Counted from the stretch's first letter, positions 20,882 to 28,887 are shown. The stretch is 64,000 nucleotides of DNA from an uncultured Candidatus Saccharibacteria bacterium (GCA_964356915.1 CAYHJF010000001.1:77743-141742), one strand, 5' to 3'. Translations and numbers: made by a program. The notes: generated by a model from the sequence alone, not told the origin.

Positions 20882-20915
20882 CAGAAATTCTCTCGATGTA
20901 TCGAGAGAATTTCTG
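20882..20915. repeat. 16-bp inverted repeat abutting the tmRNA 5' end
   Basis: CAGAAATTCTCTCGAT-GT-ATCGAGAGAATTTCTG. Confidence 0.9.
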
Positions 20916-21269
20916 GGGACGCTAGGCCTCGACGAGGAATCGTTTTCATTGAAAATCAGGCAAGAGCACGCTCGCTCATCTCTTTCAAAACTGTGTGAGC
21001 ATAATAAGTGCAAACTTATTTAACCGCCAACCGGCGATGGCATTTGCCTAGTCGCGGCGTTCTCTCACTTCGCTAGACGAAGTGAGCATCGGTCCGCAAT
21101 AGTCAGGTGAGCGGAATACCGGTGTTATAATCCCAGACTAGCGTGATGTGATGCTCGGTAGCATCGCGCGAAACTAATCGAGCAACTTCTTAAGATTCGT
21201 CTTGAGTACGCCTGTATAAATTTTTAGTGAGTCCATCTTCGCATGTGGGTTCGATTCCCACCGTCTCCA
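20915..21269 (+). ncRNA. ssrA: tmRNA, tag peptide (A)ANLFNRQPAMAFA at 21010-21051
   Basis: 5' GGGGACG pairs with 3' CGTCTCC including G3:U70, followed by discriminator A. T-arm GTGGGTTCGATTCCCAC. ATAAGT-GCA resume context. Adjacent to smpB. CCA is not encoded. Confidence 0.93.
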
Positions 21270-21404
21270 CTGACAACACGACCCGCTTTTATGGCGGGTT
21301 TTGTGTTGGCAGTTGTCGAATGAGTTGGGAATCGAACGCATGCCGGGGGCATGCGCGGCTCCGCACTAAGCGAAGCGCAGAAGGAGGATTCCCACCGTCT
21401 CCAC
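21253..21404 (+). repeat. 18-bp direct repeat of the tmRNA 3' end flanking a 116-nt structured insert
   Basis: GATTCCCACCGTCTCCAC at 21253-21270 and 21387-21404. Antisense T-arm copy TGGGAATCGAAC at 21326-21337. Confidence 0.9.
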
Positions 21405-21407
21405 AAC

Positions 21408-21529
21408 AAAACAGAATCGCCCTTGTGGCGATTTTTGTATTCTTGCAAAAATATTTAAATAAAGAACCACCCAAGTAGTGACCCCCGCCCCACAGGACGC
21501 CTCGCGACCTTGTGGGGCGATTCTGTTTT
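21408..21529. repeat. 15-bp inverted repeat pair with internal hairpins
   Basis: AAAACAGAATCGCCC (21408-22) and GGGCGATTCTGTTTT (21515-29). Confidence 0.8.
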
Positions 21530-21583
21530 TGTATAAAAAACCGCCCTCTCACAAGAGAACGCGGCATGTAACTATTAAATTTT

Positions 21584-22315
21584 CTAAAACGAATACGTGA
21601 GACTTCCGCCAAATGTATACCACGTCTTTCGCTCATCGTGGACGGTAAGCGGAAAAATAACCTGTAACGTCGGTAAATCAATAAAGACCGATGGAACGAT
21701 CTCCCAATGCAACCAAAAATCGTAATGTCCAAGAAACCCCGAATCAAGGCCTCGATGAGTGCCTGAATCATAGAGCCAACCAAATTTATTGAGTAAAGAA
21801 CATGCGGGAAAGAACTCCCATTGATGCTCTACGCCAAACAAGGCATGAACTCCATTGAGTTCTTCTCCGCCCTGCTCAATCGGAATATGCCCCTCTACAT
21901 TTAGGAAGGGTACAAGACGCTGCGTTCTTGTAAGCGCGAATTCTCTTTTCACTTCTCCATACGGGCGCGCGGCGTCTTCGCCGCCAAAACTATCTTGATC
22001 GGAAAGGTCGAGATATCCGGCACCTACATTAACCCGAAACTCATGCCATTCTTTTCCCCAGCCGATTGAATAGTCGAGCGCAAAACGAGAATGACGCAAT
22101 GACGGCTCCGTACCATTAAGCCCGAGCGACCACCATACATTTGCATAAAACCCCCTTGGAAAATCTAGATGCAAGTTCGATTGCATAACGGGATCGTTAT
22201 ATACAACGATCCCTTCTGCAAGAACATACTTGCTCTTTGCTGACACAGAAAATGTATGAGCTTGGACAGAATGTGTAGCACATACAAGCAACCCTGCGGT
22301 CAACGCCCACTTCAC
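21584..22315 (-). CDS. Putative outer-membrane beta-barrel protein (TorF/putative porin-like)
   Basis: Signal peptide (..VQA), 'SKYV..G....DPVMQ' N-terminus, alternating amphipathic strands and C-terminal GGSLTYSF. Own TTGACA-17-TAGTAT promoter. Confidence 0.65.
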   Translation of the reverse strand: MKWALTAGLLVCATHSVQAHTFSVSAKSKYVLAEGIVVYNDPVMQSNLHLDFPRGFYANVWWSLGLNGTEPSLRHSRFALDYSIGWGKEWHEFRVNVGAGYLDLSDQDSFGGEDAARPYGEVKREFALTRTQRLVPFLNVEGHIPIEQGGEELNGVHALFGVEHQWEFFPACSLLNKFGWLYDSGTHRGLDSGFLGHYDFWLHWEIVPSVFIDLPTLQVIFPLTVHDERKTWYTFGGSLTYSF

Positions 22316-22412
22316 TCCATGTACCTCGCAATCGTTTTTTGAAGAACCATGTCGAACAACATACTACTTAAAAAAATAAACTGTGTCAAAAATACAGAAT
22401 CAAATATCGTAA

Positions 22413-23144
22413 CTACAAAATAAGATTTGCCTTCTTAAATTCTTCACGCACAAACGAATACCAGTTTTCATATCCTTTGTCACTCGGGTGAAATATATCA
22501 GCCGCATAATATACATACGGCTCTTCTTTGTATGGATCACGAGTACGCTGATGCCCACCATAGATATCAACGTAATGCGCGCTCGCATCTTGAGTCGCGG
22601 ATATGAAAATATTTCGAACGCGGCGCGTGCGATATGAAAAAAACCATCGCGTACCAAGCGGCAATAACTTCGATGTTCCCACATCTCCACTTGTGACAAG
22701 AAAAACATTTTTACTTATACCTGATGTAAGCTTCAATACATTTTGAATATCTAAAGAAAGTTGATCAAGATTTGTAAATCGTACAATATCATTCCCCCCG
22801 ATATGAATGACTACGAGATCATAAGATTCGTTTTTTATTTTTTCTAGCACTGTCACGAGCTGGTGCGTTTTCATTCCATTCACTCCCTTGTTTACAATTG
22901 AAGCTTGAGGAAAATCAGTGGCTAACCTCCCTGCCATTGAAAACATACCTTCTGAAGCGCCCGTGCCAACTGCCGTACTATCTCCAATTACTAAAATTCG
23001 AAATGTCGCTTCTGAATTTACGCGCGCATACGGCACCGCACGATGTGCAAGCTCTGTTCCAATGAGAATAAGTCTGCGTGTATTCAACGCCTGCACAAAA
23101 ATAAAAACTACGAGCACCGCCAAAAGAAAAAACATATATTTCAT
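22413..23144 (-). CDS. SGNH/GDSL hydrolase, membrane anchored
   Basis: GDST, G.NG, GGND and DIFHP blocks. Confidence 0.9.
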   Translation of the reverse strand: MKYMFFLLAVLVVFIFVQALNTRRLILIGTELAHRAVPYARVNSEATFRILVIGDSTAVGTGASEGMFSMAGRLATDFPQASIVNKGVNGMKTHQLVTVLEKIKNESYDLVVIHIGGNDIVRFTNLDQLSLDIQNVLKLTSGISKNVFLVTSGDVGTSKLLPLGTRWFFSYRTRRVRNIFISATQDASAHYVDIYGGHQRTRDPYKEEPYVYYAADIFHPSDKGYENWYSFVREEFKKANLIL

Positions 23145-23177
23145 AAACCTAAAAAAATAAAGTAAGCGCCCAACCTA

Positions 23178-23861
23178 CTACTGTACAGACAGCGTCGCTA
23201 CTATGCCTGACGCACCCTTAATCACCGCGCCATCAACATCACGCATCTCACTTACACTACATACAAACTCCCCTTTAGTATCAAGTGAGGCATCAAATTC
23301 AACAACGATTTCATTTGCCAATACTGTCCCAAATCGAGGCCCTGAAGTACCCGTCTTAATTTCAAAATCTTTTTTAAACCCGCTCGGACCTGCTATACCC
23401 CCAACGATCGTTGCCGACCCCTCCAAATGTTCGGCAGTAATTTTACAGTACAGATAACTTTTCGAACTTCCCTGATTTTTAACACCAATCGAACCCGTAA
23501 GAAGAATATCGTTTTGAGTAAAACGATCCATCTGATCCTTAATCTTATCGTAATATGTAACGGGATTGATCTTGAATTTGAAATAATGATTAAGCCCAAA
23601 GAGCACGAGTGGGGCGGCGACCACTGCCACTCCGGTATATTTTAAAATATTACTCGCACCAGAACCTGATGATGAGCCTGACTCACTTTTTACTTTATCG
23701 ATCTCCTGCTTAAGATTTTCTCCTCTCTCCTTTAAATCGCGTACGGTATCAATCTTACTTTTCACCTGTTCCGCTTTTTGAATCCGAAGAAAATTCCTCA
23801 CAAAAAAACCTCCTCGGTCTTTTTTTTCTTCCTCTTGTGATTTTTCGTTTTGCTCATCCAT
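23178..23861 (-). CDS. Hypothetical single-pass membrane protein
   Basis: Charged coiled N-terminus, one TM and a beta-rich C-terminal domain with 2 Cys. Confidence 0.7.
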   Translation of the reverse strand: MDEQNEKSQEEEKKDRGGFFVRNFLRIQKAEQVKSKIDTVRDLKERGENLKQEIDKVKSESGSSSGSGASNILKYTGVAVVAAPLVLFGLNHYFKFKINPVTYYDKIKDQMDRFTQNDILLTGSIGVKNQGSSKSYLYCKITAEHLEGSATIVGGIAGPSGFKKDFEIKTGTSGPRFGTVLANEIVVEFDASLDTKGEFVCSVSEMRDVDGAVIKGASGIVATLSVQ

Positions 23862-23882
23862 TAGAGTTTTAAAAATTCGATA

Positions 23883-24335
23883 CTAAAAAACTTTTTTACC
23901 TGACTCATTCCAACGCTTGAACAAATACCCCGCAACCGCAAGATACATAATCGCAGTAACAATAAATATCATCTTACTCCCCAGAATCGACATGCCAATA
24001 TTATTACCTGTAAGCCCTGTCAGTCCAAGATTGATTCCTGAAACAACGCTGATCAAAAACGCGATCAAATCGGGCTGATCTTTTTTACCAAATAAAACCT
24101 TATTTCCCGTAACCCATCGATAGAGAAGATATCCGGATACTGCGCCAGAGATAAGCCACGAAAGTGTTAACACCAAGCGCACAAGGCCAAAAAACATTGG
24201 CACTGGTAAAATCGCAAGAAGGACTGGCCTCCCACCAATCAATAGTGCAACCGCTGCGATTACAAGTCGCGCCTCTGACCACAAAAAACTATATCGCTCG
24301 AGCTGATCTGGATGAGAATATTCTTTAATATTCAT
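23883..24335 (-). CDS. Hypothetical membrane protein (4 TM)
   Basis: 150-aa hydrophobic ORF. Confidence 0.75.
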   Translation of the reverse strand: MNIKEYSHPDQLERYSFLWSEARLVIAAVALLIGGRPVLLAILPVPMFFGLVRLVLTLSWLISGAVSGYLLYRWVTGNKVLFGKKDQPDLIAFLISVVSGINLGLTGLTGNNIGMSILGSKMIFIVTAIMYLAVAGYLFKRWNESGKKVF

Positions 24336-24437
24336 AAAAAATGACTGCTAGCTAATATATATTTAGAATACCACGGAGAAGAAAACTCAAGTAGTAAAGC
24401 ATGGAATTTTCTTTCATTCATCAGTATACTGAGCCTA

Positions 24438-25532
24438 ATGTTGGACTACGGAAACACGCGTGTCGGAATATTCTTTACAGGCCTCTTTTTTCTTTTTCTG
24501 GGAGGCATTGTTATCTATCGCCCCCAACTCATGGCAACGCCAACACCGCCGAAATCATATATCCCAGCTCCTCCAATCATAGAAACCGCGCCAATCTCAA
24601 AAACTGAGACGCCAAAAACAGAGACACCTCACCCACCTAAATCTCCTGCAACGCACGCTACAGAAACTACATCAACAACAACGGTAGCCACTACATCACC
24701 AACAACAAGCACGTCTACTCCTCTTGTTACAACAGAACTTCCTCAAGTCACTCTGAAGACTCAACCTGAAACCGTAATAACTGGTGGACTTCAATTTTCA
24801 TCACAAGTCTGGCAAGGAGTTATTCGCATCACAGGAAGCGTTGTTTTTTCACCATGGACAACTCTAACTATCAAACCTGGAACAAAAATTATCTTTGAGA
24901 AAAAACCTGATATCGCGGGCACGGACTGGACCGATAATGCAGATGCGTACACCAAAGATCACAACGACCCGACAGGACGAAGCGGATATCGTCTATCGCA
25001 TTACAGCATCACGGGCACGATCACCGCGATCGGCACAAAAGAAGAACCAATCATCTTTACGTCTGCCGAAGAAAAACCTGACTATGCGGATTGGGACCAA
25101 CTCATACTCTTAGAAGGTAGTATTTTAGATCATGTCGAGATCTCGTATGCACACAATGGCATTCTCACATATGGTGACAACGTCACGATAAAGAATAGTA
25201 AAATTCAAAGTTCGCTTTGGAGCTGTATCGATCTTTTCTCAACAGGAAACATTATTGAAAATAATGAAATTTTTCACTGTTGGCACCAGGCAATCGGCAT
25301 TAAAAAACAAGGACAAAATACTATCAAAGATAATCTCATTCATGATGTCTGGCTCGGGATTAATTGTGAAAATGGCGCAAACCCAACCATCACCGGCAAC
25401 GCATTTCGCGCAGCCCCTCAAAATAATACTTGCCAAGTTGGAGGAGATAATACAATCCTTGAAGCACCTCCTGACTCGCTTGGTGGCACATATGGTGGGG
25501 TACTAATATATCCGACACAAAAACAAAACTAA
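24438..25532 (+). CDS. Surface protein with Pro/Thr-rich stalk and right-handed beta-helix domain
   Basis: N-terminal TM, P/T-rich linker, 'TLTIKPGT.I.F', 'A.GT.EEPIIFTS' and I.NN.I repeats. Confidence 0.8.
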   Translation: MLDYGNTRVGIFFTGLFFLFLGGIVIYRPQLMATPTPPKSYIPAPPIIETAPISKTETPKTETPHPPKSPATHATETTSTTTVATTSPTTSTSTPLVTTELPQVTLKTQPETVITGGLQFSSQVWQGVIRITGSVVFSPWTTLTIKPGTKIIFEKKPDIAGTDWTDNADAYTKDHNDPTGRSGYRLSHYSITGTITAIGTKEEPIIFTSAEEKPDYADWDQLILLEGSILDHVEISYAHNGILTYGDNVTIKNSKIQSSLWSCIDLFSTGNIIENNEIFHCWHQAIGIKKQGQNTIKDNLIHDVWLGINCENGANPTITGNAFRAAPQNNTCQVGGDNTILEAPPDSLGGTYGGVLIYPTQKQN

Positions 25533-25534
25533 AT

Positions 25535-25562
25535 AAAAAAGCTCTCTCAGAAGAGCTTTTTT
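25535..25562 (+). terminator. Intrinsic terminator
   Basis: AAAAAAGCTCT-CTCAGA-AGAGCTTTTTT. Confidence 0.75.
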
Positions 25563-25580
25563 ATTACTACAAACAAGCTA

Positions 25581-25608
25581 TTGACAAAAGTGTGTTTTAG
25601 TGTATAGT
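25581..25608 (+). promoter_or_regulatory. Sigma70 promoter of the GC-rich small ORF
   Basis: TTGACA-16 nt-TATAGT, with GAGGAG SD at 25635-40. Confidence 0.65.
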
Positions 25609-25649
25609 GGTCGCAACGTTCATTCCCAGAAGAAGAGGAGACTTTACCC

Positions 25650-25913
25650 ATGTCACGTCGCAACAGACACCGCCCCTGCGCTCACGGATGCGGGCACTTG
25701 GTCGCCTCAGGCGACCGCCACGCCACGGGCCACTGCCCGCCCAAGCGTGGTCGCCGTTCGCGCGACAAGCATCACTGGATGGGTGACGGCAGCATCGTCG
25801 GCATGAAGGAGATCGGCGTCGGCGCGGATGTCGGCACGCGTGGCGTTCCGGTCACCGGTGTCGGTGGCGGAAAGGCCAAAAGCCACCGCGTCGCCAAAGC
25901 CAAGACCGCCTGA
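25650..25913 (+). CDS. Small basic His/Cys/Gly-rich ORFan, about 69% GC
   Basis: Promoter, SD and downstream 14-bp GC stem (25927-57). Strong C/G third-position bias in this frame. Confidence 0.65.
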   Translation: MSRRNRHRPCAHGCGHLVASGDRHATGHCPPKRGRRSRDKHHWMGDGSIVGMKEIGVGADVGTRGVPVTGVGGGKAKSHRVAKAKTA

Positions 25914-26035
25914 GACCAACCGCCTCGGGACGGCTTCGCATCGTGCGGAGCCGTCCCACCCCCCACTCTTCATCTTTATAGATATCTTTGTTTGAAAACC
26001 TCGTCCCAGACGAGGTCGTTTTTTTAATTATTAAA

Positions 26036-26058
26036 ATAAAAAGCCCCTTTAGGGGCTA
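26036..26058 (-). terminator. Intrinsic terminator
   Basis: AGCCCCT-TT-AGGGGCT with an A-run on the + strand, directly at the TAG stop (26056-58). Confidence 0.7.
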
Positions 26059-26653
26059 CTTACGAATACGTGTGAGAAATTCGAGCGATTCTAAACGCAT
26101 CCGTTGTTGATATGAAACTGGTAAACCAAGGGCGTGATGCGAGAGTGCTGCAACGGAATATGCTAAAAATTGATGCGGGACGTTACCTTCAACAATCCTA
26201 CGCATATGAGTCTCGCTATCAAGGCCACGATGAAACGTCGTTGAGTATGAGTCTGCAATAATACATCCTATGAACTCAACCCTATCAAAGGGCGTTAGAC
26301 GCTCTGCGCCTCCAAAGCGATCTACAGCATCAAACGCGAGAGCAATGCCTTCGGCAAAACGCTCTCTCTTCGCCTGTCATAAGATCACGCAGTCGCTCAT
26401 CGACCTCTTCATTAAATATGCCAGCCCGTGCAGGATGAATGAGATACCACTCATTTGGCACAAAAGATTCAGCAATCTCAACGGGCCCCGAGAATCGCAA
26501 AAATGCATTTAATGCATACACGATACCTTCAAGATATTGTTGCTGCTCGTTTTGCACTCGAAACTCACGCATCCGAGCATCAACAACAGCATTAAAGCCC
26601 CTTACGCTTTCTGAGAGATTCGCTTCTGATATTTCAGGTGTGGCGAGTAGCAC
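26056..26653 (-). pseudogene. Hypothetical gene (about 199 aa) frameshifted near an (AG)4 repeat
   Basis: The GGAGGT-led GTG ORF stops at 26330. A second frame is open from about 26375 to TAG 26056 at the terminator. Confidence 0.75.
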
Positions 26654-26790
26654 GTAACCTCCATCAAAGAACGTTTACTATAAAATATACTAACTTATGT
26701 TAAAAGTCAATGATTTATATGCGCCCAACTATCTCCCCCTCCGTGCATCATTCTTTCTAACCTTACTCACTATTCAGCCCCCAAAATGTA

Positions 26791-26819
26791 TTGACTTTTA
26801 GTAAAAATAGTGTTATAAT
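26791..26819 (+). promoter_or_regulatory. Near-consensus sigma70 promoter
   Basis: TTGACT-17 nt-TATAAT with extended -10 TG, and AGGAGGA SD at 26857-63. Confidence 0.75.
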
Positions 26820-26868
26820 GAATCCAGAAACGTGGCTACAAAAACGCCACCAAAATAGGAGGACCTTG

Positions 26869-27495
26869 ATGAAGACTTGGATGCTGCTGATGGCGCTCGT
26901 GCTCGTACCCTGCTGGACAAACGCCGACGAAGGCGGCCGCGCCGAACCTACATGGATGGAAGAAGTGCGTGGTGCAACGCCGATGCCGAAGATCTGCAAG
27001 CTCATGCAGGACAGCGACATCGAAGGCGTCGAGCCTCATGTCGCCAAGAAGGTTGCGGAAGGTCTCCTCACAGAGATCCTGCGGGCCGACAAGATCGTCG
27101 ATCGCATCTGCGACATGAGCGGTGGCGAGCAGATCGACTTCGCTGACGGCGAGATCGTCATCGCCGAAATCGGAGAGTGGCTGACTCTCGCCAACCTCCA
27201 GCCGAGCGACATCGGTGTATCAACCGCGGAATTGCGCGAACTGCTCAAGACGAACATCGCTCGCAACATCGCGCGATACCGCGAGCTCCACGCCAAAAGC
27301 GAGTGCACGAACGCCGACTGCTCCACTTTCTACACGGGGATGGCCCAAGGAGCGCTCGATCGCCTGCACTTCACCAAGGAAGACGTCGGACTCACTCAAG
27401 ATGACGTAGTCATCTTCGAGCTGACGACTACCACAACGACAACCGCCATGACGGCCAGCAGCACGACTTCGACTACGCTCGTCTCGTCCAACTGA
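26869..27495 (+). CDS. Secreted Cys-containing helical ORFan with Thr/Ser-rich tail, about 60% GC
   Basis: Signal peptide MKTWMLLMALVLVPCWTNA, strong SD, C/G-ending codons and a terminator at 27536-68. Confidence 0.75.
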   Translation: MKTWMLLMALVLVPCWTNADEGGRAEPTWMEEVRGATPMPKICKLMQDSDIEGVEPHVAKKVAEGLLTEILRADKIVDRICDMSGGEQIDFADGEIVIAEIGEWLTLANLQPSDIGVSTAELRELLKTNIARNIARYRELHAKSECTNADCSTFYTGMAQGALDRLHFTKEDVGLTQDDVVIFELTTTTTTTAMTASSTTSTTLVSSN

Positions 27496-27535
27496 CCACG
27501 ACGACACAACAAGGTTTGAGCAAACCTGATCAGCT

Positions 27536-27568
27536 CCCCTGCAACATTCCGTTGCAGGGATCTTTTTT
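27536..27568 (+). terminator. Intrinsic terminator
   Basis: CCCTGCAAC-ATTCC-GTTGCAGGG followed by a T-run. Confidence 0.75.
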
Positions 27569-27659
27569 ATAAATATATTCGAAAAAAATAAAAACCGGAG
27601 AATATCCTCCGGCGATCTACGTGATTTCTTATACTGAAATTACGAAGTTACTTTGCAAC

Positions 27660-28193
27660 TCATGCACTGACATCGACAAATCTTCCTCTCGTAGCATCAA
27701 GCGCACGCTCATACAGATGATCTGCAATACCTCCAAGGGCACGTTCAGTTCGTCGATATGAGCCCGTCGGAGCGATTCCTCCATGAGAGATATTGGAATG
27801 TATTTCAAGAATCCTTCGATCTATAGCCCATCCAACAAATGGCAGTCGATCTACGTCAGCACCATAAAGAGAAACGCCCCGATTAGGCAACAACTCTCTC
27901 AAACTTCTAACAGATTGTTCTGAAGTGATAATTTCAATCGATACCCCTCTCGCTACTGCCTGCTCAAAAGCTCTCTTAAGCCTATCTACTTGGTAAAGCA
28001 CGTGATAGCACCCATAGGAACTACATACGATAACGATCGTTCGACGTGATTGCAAAATATCGGCAGAAAGCGCTGAAAGCGCGGCTTGGGGTGTTTCTCG
28101 ATACCCAAAAACCAAACGACTCTCCCATAACACTCGTACGATACCGACACATATACCTAATACACCTATGACCATAAGGAAAATGAGGGTCAT
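27660..28193 (-). CDS. Membrane-anchored hypothetical protein, possible PLD-like fold without HKD
   Basis: GGAGGT SD before the ATG at 28193, N-terminal TM. 'A..RGVSIEIIT' and 'AIDRR' resemble PLD/TrmB-like folds. Confidence 0.6.
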   Translation of the reverse strand: MTLIFLMVIGVLGICVGIVRVLWESRLVFGYRETPQAALSALSADILQSRRTIVIVCSSYGCYHVLYQVDRLKRAFEQAVARGVSIEIITSEQSVRSLRELLPNRGVSLYGADVDRLPFVGWAIDRRILEIHSNISHGGIAPTGSYRRTERALGGIADHLYERALDATRGRFVDVSA

Positions 28194-28246
28194 TGGAACC
28201 TCCGTGATCAGATATACCACGCAACTTTGAGGCTAGGCAAGCAATC

Positions 28247-28275
28247 TTGACTAAACACCCATTTCTCTCTACACT
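28247..28275 (+). promoter_or_regulatory. infC operon promoter
   Basis: TTGACT-17 nt-TACACT. Confidence 0.6.
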
Positions 28276-28887
28276 ATGGAAACATTGATACAAAAGCCTC
28301 GCATTAACCATCAAATACGAGTCCCGGAAGTTCGGGTCATTGGAGAGGACGGCTCAAACCTCGGGGTTCAGCCAACCGCCAACGCCCTTGAACTCGCACT
28401 GGCTTCAGGCCTTGATCTTATTGAGATCTCGCCAACCGCACAGCCACCGGTAGTTCGTATCATGGATCGCGGCAAATATCAGTATCAACTCGATAAAGAA
28501 GCTCGGCAGGCACGTAAAAAATCGAAAGAAATTGAAATCCGCGGCATTCGAGTACGCCTTGGAACAGGCCTCAACGACCTGATTCTAAAAGCAAAAAAGG
28601 CTGAAGAGTTCCTATCGGATGGAGACCGAGTACAGATCCAGATGACGCTTCGTGGCCGAGAGAAAGGGATCAATAAGGATTTCGTTCACGAACGTCTTAA
28701 AAAATTATTGGAAGCGATAACCGTACCGTTCAAAGTAGCCGAAGCACCTAAAAAAGGACCGCGAGGACTTCTTATCACAATCGAACCAGACCACAATGGC
28801 AAAAACAAACAAATCAGTACTGAAAAGAATCAAGGTGACCAAAACGGGCAAAATCATGAAGCGAAGCCCGCACCAGAATCACTTTAG
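28276..28887 (+). CDS. infC: Translation initiation factor IF-3
   Basis: RINHQIRVPEVRVI, DLIEISP.AQPPVVRIMD and LRGRE motifs. The true start is uncertain (see findings). Confidence 0.95.
   Translation: METLIQKPRINHQIRVPEVRVIGEDGSNLGVQPTANALELALASGLDLIEISPTAQPPVVRIMDRGKYQYQLDKEARQARKKSKEIEIRGIRVRLGTGLNDLILKAKKAEEFLSDGDRVQIQMTLRGREKGINKDFVHERLKKLLEAITVPFKVAEAPKKGPRGLLITIEPDHNGKNKQISTEKNQGDQNGQNHEAKPAPESL

Noticed and set aside
24600-24740. ACA/ACN-rich quasi-repeats (also 27420-27480)
   Set aside because: Explained by Thr/Pro-rich protein linkers. They are not DNA-level repeats.
25600-25973. Alternative overlapping ORFs 25600-25806(+), 25707-25973(-) and 25772-25966(-)
   Set aside because: These are by-products of high GC. 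Only the 25650 frame has an SD, promoter spacing and third-position bias.
21584-28193. Classical integron cassette array
   Set aside because: The genes face both directions and carry their own promoters. The intergenic hairpins look like terminators, not attC sites with RYYYAAC/GTTRRRY ends, and there is no intI.
21270-28200. Prophage or integrative element at tmRNA
   Set aside because: There are no integrase, phage or conjugation genes, the att-like duplicate is only 134 bp away, and I found no distal copy.
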